The notes beneath the pieces are model-generated. The model did not search any database, was not told where the DNA came from, and saw only the letters and a program-made list of their open reading frames with translations. Positions 50,106 through 59,836 of a stretch of DNA of 64,000 bases are shown piece by piece; position 1 is the first letter of the stretch, and every line of letters starts with the position of its first letter. A program made the position numbers and the translations under genes. The stretch lies in NCBI GenBank assembly GCA_964036045.1, contig OZ038379.1, positions 8,494,001 through 8,558,000 of the forward strand. Direction: 5' to 3'. This DNA is from Eutreptiella sp. 'Long Island Sound 2002' (lineage: Eukaryota; Protista; Euglenida).

Positions 50106-53100
50106 TACGTTTCGGCGGCGCCCGAGAGCTCGAGGTTGCCATCGTTGGTCTAGTCGTTGACCTGCCCTACGCTCAGGTCCCTCCACGGCCCCTCCCCCCT
50201 CCCCCCTTTCCGGAGGGTGGGGTGGGGTGGGTGCCGGCGGCATGGTGCCAACCGCTGGCTGTGGGGCGGGGGGCTCCTTTGGGGGCTCGTTCTCCTCTGC
50301 CTCTTGGGGGGGGGGGTGCAGGCCCCCCCCCCCCTTCTCGCCTGCTTTGTCTTTGCGGGCAAAGTCTCTCCTAACAGCCCCCGCGGGACAGGCCGCTTGT
50401 CCCCCCCCCCCAATGGCTTCCCGAGGGGCCCTAGCTACCTTGCGTGGGGTGACCTTCCCAGGCCGCCGCACCCACCCGTGCATGCCTCTCGCTGCTCCAA
50501 CCAAGTCTGTCTGTGCTACTTTCCACATGCCGGGCCGTGAAACGTACTGCCCGCGAGGTGCCCCCACTCGTGGATGGGTTACCTGGCCATACTTGTAGCA
50601 ATTCGCCACTCCCTGCCGCTGCTTCAAGCATCGCCGACATGAGGGTGCCCCGTGCACGGGACATGGTTTGCCTGCGGATCTGCGTCCCTTGCCTTGCCCC
50701 CGTCTGCCGCTGCCGCCATCGCCGGTTCTGCTAGACCATCACCATCGCAGGCCGATGGGCACCATATGGTAGTGCGGCCGCCGTGGGACCTAAGCGGCAC
50801 AACCCCACTCGTTGGTCGGGGATAGAACTCGCTGACAAGATCTGACGGAGGCGGCACGTGCAGCGGACACTGCAATCTGCACTGCCAAAGTGTGACACAG
50901 TGCGTCGTCAGGTGCTCCAACTGCTGGAGCATCTGGCCCCGCGACACAAAATACCGCCGCCGTGCAACCCGCAAGTTGGCTCGGCCTCCGGGCGGTATGA
51001 GGGCTTTGCACCACGGCATCTCCTTGGCCGGCAAGATCTCCTCCGCCAGCATGTGGGGCTGCAGCATCGTGACGGCTTGCCATAGCATGGCCGCCCCTCC
51101 TGCATTGGGAGCATTGTCTCAGCCCACGCAAATTGCACCCTGTTTCGCGCATCAAACGCGTGGAAAAGGACCGCTTCACAACATAGCAAAAAAAATATTT
51201 TTTGGGATGCTTGATGATGTTGTTTTTGGGCAATGTGAAATAAATTTTTTTTCTGGCACTATGCAACTCAGTGTTCCGAAATGGGCAGTTGTTGATATTT
51301 TACGGTGGTCTGAGTGCGCGAGGCCTCGCGCACTCAAGATATTAAGCATAGAGTTTGCCATGGCGCCACACAAACAGCGGCGACTGGAGGAAGATGGAAG
51401 TACACAGTTGTCACAGGTTATTAAAACTCACATTTTATTGACAAAGGGGGAATGAAAGTATATGAAAGGTAGATCTCCCATGTTTCGGTACAACACGTGT
51501 ACGCTACAGTGCAAATGAAATACAAAATTCGGCGTCGTGAGTGCGCGAGGCCGCGCGCACTCCGATCACGTAATGTAATGTTTTTCGGAGGGAATATCAC
51601 TTGAATTGATTTTTGTGGTGTAAGTGTCTGCAGTCATAGCGTTGGTCACATATTAGACGGTCCAAAACATTGTAGATCTGAAACAAACAGTGCGCGAGAC
51701 CTCGCGCACTCAAACGACACGACGAATTAAAAAAGCGAGCAGGTCAGGCTACGCCGGCATTTACATTCCCTTTCAAGCCTGCCACTTGTGGCTGTCCATT
51801 ATACATCGGTAATCTTCGTCTTAATGTCCGTCATAATCATGGAGGGGAGGGAGATGATTTTCTTTTTTCCAACACCCACTCAATCGCAGACGTGTCCAGT
51901 ATTAATGGCGCCGTAGCCTTCGCTGCTCGAAGGATAGGGTTTTTTTTTCAAATGGGATTAAGAAAGAAAACGGACCATGGGATTGTGGGCCGGAAAACGG
52001 TTTTCGGTTACTGCCAACGGAGCGCACGCAAACACCAATTACAAATTGCGAGGACAGCGTGCGCACTGGTAATTACTACATGAAGAGGCGAGATTTCATT
52101 TCATTTCATTTCATTTCATTTCATCCGTTCGCATGCTTTAGGGCGTGTATGTCCGGTGCAGTGCCTCAGGTGACAGGGAGCACGGGGTGTGAAGAACTAT
52201 GGTTTTCAAAGAACGAAAGGTCTGCCGTAGCCCTGTTCTCTGCAGCTTGTGTGTATTACAGGCTATTTAATTTGCCTGGTGTCTTTTGTGCCATGAGTCA
52301 GTTCCACCCGCCCGCCCGGGCTATGTATCTACCTTCCCAGACGATGGGAGCTTGGACACCCTGCAGTGTACATAGCAGCATTGTGTGGACTTTGAGCAGT
52401 GTCGAATGAAATGAAATGAAATGAAATGAAATGAAATGAAATCTCGCCTCTTCATGTAGTAATTACCAGTGCGCACGCTGTCCTCGCAATTTGTAGTTGG
52501 TGTTTGCGTGCGCTCCGTTGGCAGTAACCGAAAACCGTTTTCCGGCCCACAATCCCATGGTCCGTTTTCTTTCTTAATCCCATTTGAAAAAAAAACCCTA
52601 TCCTTCGAGCAGCGAAGGCTACGGCGCCATTAATACTGGACACGTCTACGATTGAGTGGGTGTTGGAAAAAAGAAAATCATCTCCCTCCCCTCCATGATT
52701 ATGACGGACATTAAGACGAAGATTACCGATGTATAATGGACAGCCACAAGTGGCAGGCTTGAAAGGGAATGTAAATGCCGGCGTAGCCTGACCTGCTCGC
52801 TTTTTTAATTCGTCGTGTCGTTTGAGTGCGCGAGGTCTCGCGCACTGTTTGTTTAAGTTCAACAATGTTTTGGACCGTCTAATATGTGACCAACGCTATG
52901 ACTGCAGACACTTACACCACAAAAATCAATTCAAGTGATATTCCCTCCGAAAAACATTACATTACGTGATCGGAGTGCGCGAGGCCTCGCGCACTCACGA
53001 CGCCGAATTTTGTATTTCATTTGCACTGTAGCGTACACGTGTTGTACCGAAACATGGGAGATCTACCTTTCATATACTTTCATTCCCCCTTTGTCAATAC

Positions 53101-54455
53101 AATGTGAGTTTTAATAACCTGTGACAACTGTGTACTTCCATCTTCCTCCAGTCGCCGCTGTTTGTGTGGCGCCATGGCAAACTCTATGCTTAATATCTTG
53201 AGTGCGCGAGGCCTCGCGCACTCAGACCACCATAAAATATCAACAACTGCCCATTTCGGAACACTAAGTTGCATAGTGCCAGAAAAACAATTTATTTCAC
53301 ATTGCCCAAAAACAACATCATCAAGCATCCCAAAAAATAGTTTTTTTGCTGTGTTGTGATCCGGTCCTTTTCCAAGCGTTTGATGCGCGAAACAGGGTGC
53401 AATTTGCGTGGGCTGAGACAATGCTCCCAATGCAGGAGGGGCGGCCATGCTATGGCAAGCCGTCACGATGCTGCAGCCCCACATGCTGGCGGAGGAGATC
53501 TTGCCGGCCAAGGAGATGCCGTGGTGCAAAGCCCTCATACCGCTCGGAGGCCGAGCCAACTTGCGGGTTGCACGGCGGCGGTATTTTGTGTCGCGGGGCC
53601 AAGTGCTCTAGCAGTTGGAGCACCTGACGACGCACTGTGTCACACTTTGGCAGTGTAGATTGCAGTGTCCGCTGCACGCGCCGCCTCCGTCAGATCTTGT
53701 CAGCGAGTTCTATCCCCGACCAACGAGTGGGGTTGTGCCGCTTAGGTCCCACGGCAGCCGCACTACCATATGGTGCCCATCGGCCTGCGATGGTGATGGT
53801 CTAGCAGAACCGGCGATGGCGGCAGCGGCAGACGGGGGCAAGGTAAGGGACGCAGATCCGCAGGCAAACCATGTCCCGTGCACGGGTCGCCCTCATGTCG
53901 GCGATGCTTGGAGCAGCGGCAGGGAGTGGCGAATTGCTACAAGTATGGCCAGGTAACCCATCCACGAGTGGGGGCTCCTCGCAGGCAGTACGTTTCACGG
54001 CCCGGCATGCGGAAAGTAGCACAGACAGACTTGGTTGGAGCAGCGAGAGGCATGCACGGGTGGGTGCGGCGGCCTGGGCCCGAGAGCGACAAGGACAGTG
54101 AGGTGGGGGTCACCCCGCGCAAGGTAGCTAGGGCCCCTCGGGAAGCCATTGGGGGGGGGGACAAGCGGCCTGTCCCGCGGGGGCTGTTAGGAGAGACTTT
54201 GCCCGCAAAGACAAAGCAAGCAAGAAGGGGGGGGGGGGGCTGCACCCCCCCCCCCAAGAGGCAGAGGAGAACGAGCCCCCAAAGGAGCCCCCCGCCCCAC
54301 AGCCAGCGATTGGCACCATGCCACCACCACCCACCCCACCCCACCCTCCGGAAAGGGGGGAGGGGGGAGGGGCAGTGGAGGGACCAGACCGTAGGGCAGG
54401 TCAACGACTAGACCAACGATGGCAACCTCGAGCTCTCCGGCACCGCCGAAACGTA
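50106..54455. repeat. Foldback: ~2-kb inverted arms 50106-52124 / 52406-54455 around a 281-bp spacer
   Basis: ORF pairs map as x + y = ~104535. Inner ends are (ATTTC)6 and (ATGAA)7. The arms differ by substitutions and a ~30-bp indel. Confidence 0.95.
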
Positions 54456-54736
54456 TGGCGGCAAGGGGACTATTCGCACTGAGAGTAACCATCAGACAGG
54501 CACTGACAATGGGGTCGGGCCCGGACATGGCGTCATCGCACCAGGGAGGGCACACAGGCCCTGGCACGGGCCACGGAAGGGCCAGCGAGGAAGAGACGTA
54601 AGCCTTTGGCGAGGGTCCTTCCCTCGCAACGTGTACACAAGGGGGGAGGAGTAGGGAGGTGGCCCGGCAGCCCAGCCCCATCATGCCTCTAAGCTGACAC
54701 TCGTATGCACAGCGTGCAGGACCTTAATCGGCTACT
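53410..54736 (+). pseudogene. LINE 5' fragment: gag-like ORF1 with CCHC knuckle and probable APE start; other copies 60985-62280 (+) and 50106-51120 (-)
   Basis: CRRCLEQRHGVANC (canonical CX2CX4HX4C in the 61303 frame) followed by a Pro-rich linker. Then KLTLVC...VQDLN, resembling an APE N-terminus with a frameshift. Confidence 0.6.
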
Positions 54737-55149
54737 TTGTTGCCGCAACTTTTGGAACCATGCAATTTGACGGTTCCATATTCTGGTTGTCCGTCCCAAT
54801 TTTTTTCTGTGGTTTCGTGTCCCAAATTGGTAGACGGTGCACAGTGATTCGTGCCCCCCAGCAGTGCTGTCAGATGTGGTTGGAAGTGGATGGTCAATCC
54901 CCTGGTCTCACCTCTGTAATGGGATTGCCATGAGACATAGAAACTTGGGTTAAGATTTGGAATGATGACATGACATAAAGGGCCGCACAGAGTTAGTACC
55001 GTGTTTTGCCCGTCTGCACTGGGGGCGGCGGGGGGGGGGGGGGGGGGCAATAGAAGAGAACCAAGCTTCCGGACTACCGACTGAGTCCCACGCGCATTTA
55101 TTGGCATTGTTTAGATACGCAATACACATATACAGTGTGGAAAGAAAAA

Positions 55150-58100
55150 GTGATGTTTTTATTGTAAAAAGAGAGGTTTTGAGCGACTAACACAATTGGT
55201 CTGCATTGTTTGCACTGCCTGTCAGAAATGTGCTGTAGCCTGTGTACATTAGTGCAATCCATGTTTTAGTGCATTTTTGATTTGCATTCATGGGTGATGG
55301 TGCTCTTGCGCTGGAAGTCCTGCTTGATTTTGCTAAGCAGGGATTTGATTTGTGGTCGGAGTACCTGGGGTCCAACATCCTGGAGAGGGCAGCCAACACC
55401 ACGTGGAAACGAATGACCAACATGGAGGGTGGTGCTGGCAGAGTGACTGAAGCCTTGACTCGAATATTCCCGGAGCAAATCGGAGACCACCAAAAGTTAT
55501 GGAACCCGATGACGGCGTATGAGCTCTGGTTTGGTCACATTTTGACACCGCCGGCTTTGGTGTTTGTCCAGGATGGTTTAAGCTCTGTGCTGGAGCCGGG
55601 ATGGGAAGTACAGCTGCAGCAGTACAGGAATGGCTTTGTTGAGAAGGTCAGAGCTGGGAGGGACCATCACACTGGTGGTGAGACGGCGACTCAGTCTGGA
55701 AAGAGTGGTACTAAGCCGCCAGTGGACAGTTTTGCGACCGAGCCATCCCAGACAGATGACGATCAACATATGGCAGACCCGGAGAGAGGCCAGCTGACTT
55801 TGGAGGGGGCGGCAGAGGTGGTTAATCAAGCGAAGGTCCTCTCTAAATAGAACATGAAGGTGTCGCGCAAGAGGCCCGGGGCTCCCAAGTATGTTCGCCA
55901 CTTTACGAAATTAATTAGTGCACTCACAGAGGAACATTATGGGTCAGCGGAATTTGGCCTAGTGGAGGTGAAAATTTGGGAGGTGCTGCTGAAATGCAAC
56001 GAGAAGGGAAAAAAGCACTTGAAAGATGAAGAAAAGATCCGGATGTCAAAGGAAAAAGAACGAAAAAAGAAGGAGAAGCGGCGGGCCAGGAAGAAGAGCG
56101 AGAAGGCACGCAAGAGCAAGAAAAAGAAATCGTCCAGGTCTAGGAAGTGGAGTTATTCGAGCTCTGATAGCTCTTCGACAACGGATTCGTCGTCGGGATC
56201 CAGCTCTGATGATAGTCCGGAAACAGACAGCTCCAGTAGTGGAGATCGGAGAGACAGGAGAAGCAGTGGTACTGAGCGACGATCAAGGCCTAGCCAGTTT
56301 GAGTTTCGCTGGATCAACGGCAAGAAACACTTCAGAATGCGGAATGGCCAGTGGCAAGACTGCTCTGGACCGCGAGTAAGGAATGCAGGTACTGTGGGAA
56401 GAGGCACTGGGCGTTTGAGGCCCAGGAGTTCGGTTGCAGATGACATGCAGGCTCAGGGGGGGTTGGGTTGGGTTGGGCTGGCGGCCTCATGCAGGAGCAG
56501 GCCCTCGGGTGTGGGCTTCCTTCCCCGCCCCACCACGAGGCTGAACTACCTGACTGTCCGGTTCCAAGGCCGAGCGGACTATCGATAGCCACCAGACCCC
56601 ACCGAAGCGCAGGTGGGCGGAAGATACCGTCGTCCTGTGTGTAGGCGCGCGCGCGGGCAGGGGTGTGGGCGGGGGTCGGGCCTTGCGTGTGGGGGGCAAG
56701 TGTGGCCTGGTGCTCCAGGCCCGGTGGGGCAGGCCATGGGAGCCTGACGCTGAGCCCACCGGGGAGTAGTGGGCCAGGGCATCGCATCCTCCTGGTCACA
56801 GAGACACGCTGCCCGCCCGTCCCACGACTGCGTACGCACGGGGACGGGTGTGCGCCGGGCACCACGGGGGGGGACCCGCGCTCCTTGACTGCCTGTAGGC
56901 ACAGGTGGCGCCGCCGTACTAGCTGGGTCCCACACTCCCACGGCCTAGGGCGCTGGTGGCAGGTGGAGGGGTCCCTGGGCGCGCTGAGCGCTTCCCTGCC
57001 TTGGGACCTGCCCGGGAAGGTTCCCGGGTGCGGCGCTGCTGCCCCGTTAGTCCTGGGGGCCCGCAGGGCACACCACCGGACTGGCCCCTCCAAGGGGCTT
57101 AAGGGGGGGGGGGTGAGATGCGAAATGCGGAGGCGGCGCGATTACGAAATGGCCTTGAAGAATTCGTGGCGGCGGAAGGAGAACCATTCGGATCATCATA
57201 TGGGTCAATTCTCCGGGGGAGATTGGAGCCAGGCACCAGACTTGGGTATGTGGCAGCGCTGCGGCAGTTCCTCATGTACTCGCGCGTCCATGGGTGGTTA
57301 TCCCCGAGGGAAGCCCTGGAGGGGCGTTTGCTAGAGATTGCAAGGGATGGATACTTCGAAGGGCCGGTCAAGAAGGTCCTATCTGGACTCAGGATGGCGG
57401 AGAAAGCAGGGTTCATTCAGTCTCTGGTAAAGTCCCTGGAGAAGCTGCGAACGAAAAAGAACAGCAGGCGGATACAGTGGTCACCGTCAGGAATCCTGTA
57501 TGAGGTTGCAGCTGGCAAGGGAACGTTCACATGGCCGGAAATGGAATGCATTGCATTGGCAGCAATATCGCTATGTAACCTGTTACGCATCGGAGAGGCA
57601 TGGACGGCCCACCAGAGCGGGTTGGGCCAACTGGTATTCCGCGGAGAAAAGAGCCGCCCAGGCATCCAAGTGCAGGACATGGGGCCGTGGGCAGACAGGT
57701 GGCTGCGCTTCCTCGACGAGGAGCGACGCAGGAGGGGGGGGGGATGGTGCAGTGGCATACAACTTCTCATCCCCGAGCGATTTGGAAGCCCAGTGGGTCG
57801 AATTGGTCGCTGGGACGAGCCACAGGTCCTTGCGCTGGCAAGGGCACCGAGGTGGAGGCGCAGCACAGGCATGGACAGCTGGGGCTCGAGGTCCCCTCCT
57901 GCAGCTCATGGGAGGGTGGTGTACACCATCAGTGGCGGTCTCGTATGCAACGCCCACTCACGCCTGGGAATTCGAGAGTCGACACCTTCTCCCTCATCAG
58001 TCGAATCTTCCACTGCCTCCGGGTCAAACCTGAACGCTCCAGGTCCTGCCGAGTTTGCCCTTCTCCTCTTTCTGGCCACGTCAACGCTTCCCGGTATTGC

Positions 58101-59836
58101 GCCATTCTCGGCCAAACCACGACTGAGCCCACGGATTTCTCTTCGGACCCACGTACCCCACCAATGAAGGGCTGACCACTCCCCAAACGCGACTTTGAGT
58201 TCCCCTCCTTCTCGTATTGCAGATGCAGGAGACCAGTGATTTAGAAATTGGAGGGGTACTGAAAAAATTGGTGGATTCAAGCCCGAAGGCGTTGGAGCAC
58301 GACTTGGAAGAAGGATTCATGGTATTGTTATCGGGGGTAATGGAGGTGGCAGGCTCCCAGGCTGTGGGAGCATTGGCCTCTGTGCTGCAGGCTCTGGACG
58401 CGATGCCGGGGGATGAATGGGAAGATGAGGATGAGGAGAGCTGTTATTCTGATGAAGATGGAGAGGAGGACGTCAGCCCCGACCTGGCGGGCAGAGGCAT
58501 TGGAGAGTGTGGCAGGGTACAGCTCAGTGAGTCGCCGTGGAGCAGGGCTGTGCCGGGCGACTTGTTGGAGAAATATCGAGAATGGTTAAAGGAGACGGGG
58601 GGGGGGTTGGCGACAGCAAAGGAGTGGGAGTGACTGAGATGCTTGAGAGCCTGGTGGAGGGGGGTTCTTTGCGTCGGGTTCCACGGTCGCTGGGTGCGTC
58701 GGGCAAGGCCCGTGTCATTCCAAAGAATAGCGAAAAGTGCAGCTTCATCATGAATTGCATGAAACAAAATGCTTCGGACTGTCGCCCCCCCCCCCCAAAT
58801 TTGTGCTGCCCCAGCTGGAGACTTTGCGTGACTGTTTGTTGCTGTGGAAGCGCAAAAGGGTTTATATGATTAAGTTTGATGTTTCCAATTGCTATTGGAG
58901 CATTTTGATGCCCAAGAGTTGGAGAGATATTTTCCAGGTGTTAGTATCAGGACAAAGTTATGCATGGTCTTCCCTGCCTTTTGGCTGGAAATATTCCCCT
59001 GTGATCTGCCAGCGATTGATGGGAGCCCTGGCAAAAAATTCTGTTTTTGATCTGCAGGTGCTCCCATTTAGTTATCTTGATGATATTTTAGCGGCAGGGG
59101 CGCGCAGGGATCTGAAAAGGGCAGTGCGTAGGCTGAGGGGCAGGCTGCAGAGGGCCCGTTTGTGGTCAGCCCGAAGTCCAGCTTGGAACCAACTAGAGTG
59201 CTCGATTTTGAGGGGAAAATTTTTGACACCAAGAGGAGACGCATGGAGAATAGAAAAGGAATATTGACTGCTTTGCTGCGGAGTTGGCCTAGGCTGAGGT
59301 TGAGACGTATGCGCAGAAAGGGGTTTGAGAGATTTTTGGGGAGGTTGGAGTGGGCTTTGCGGCCGCAGGGAGGAACTGCCCCGTTTTTGGCGGCAGCGTC
59401 TAGGTGGAAGTTGTTTGGTGAACAAAGGGTTCCGCTGAGTCTGGTGAGGCCGTTGCTTACGGCATCGGTGTTTGCTGTTTTGGCCCAGTGTTATGCTGGC
59501 CAGCCATACGTGTGGCGAGGGCCGCCATGTTCAGTGCAGGATTTCATTATTTTTACTGGCGCCGCTCCTAGGCCCAACAGCGGCTTCCGTTATGGGTTTT
59601 TCGTGCCTGGAAGTGGAATCAGGTGCTATACATGCCCTGCTTGGGTTGACTCGCTTCAGCGGGCGGAGTTATTGGTATTGGTGCAAGCGTTCAAGATAGC
59701 AGGATATAAAGGTTGGCGTAGGGTGGGTGTAGGTTCAAACAATTTGGAGTTTGCCTGAGTGGCATTGATTGTCGTCTGGTTTTCAGAAAGCATTGGATTC
59801 TGTCGTGCATGTTTGCAGCTTGTTTGGAGTTAGTGT
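55150..59836 (+). mobile_element. VIPER-like YR retroelement, second subfamily (gag 55290-56443, YR 57118-58033, RT-RH ~58217-59758)
   Basis: YR: LLRIGEA, GEKSR, RWQGHR, MGGW, VAVSY. RT: KFDVSNCYW, LPFGWKYSP, YLDD. RH: FTGAAP, RAELL, truncated after VGVGSN. Both junctions are defined by the empty site at 34850-34870. Confidence 0.9.
56459..57105 (-). mobile_element. Diverged 3' end of the (CCCAA)n-tailed LINE family, inserted between gag and YR of element 3
   Basis: (TTGGG)n on the plus strand at ~56459-56478. The minus translation HTPARARAYTQDDGIFRPPA...SPLGLGTGQ aligns with HPPAARAPHTHRYGGISLPR...SPVGLETGQ at 3430-3550. Confidence 0.65.

Noticed and set aside
56459-56478. (TTGGG)n as interstitial telomere
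   Set aside because: Only 3-4 units, not TTAGGG, and directly attached to a LINE 3' end.
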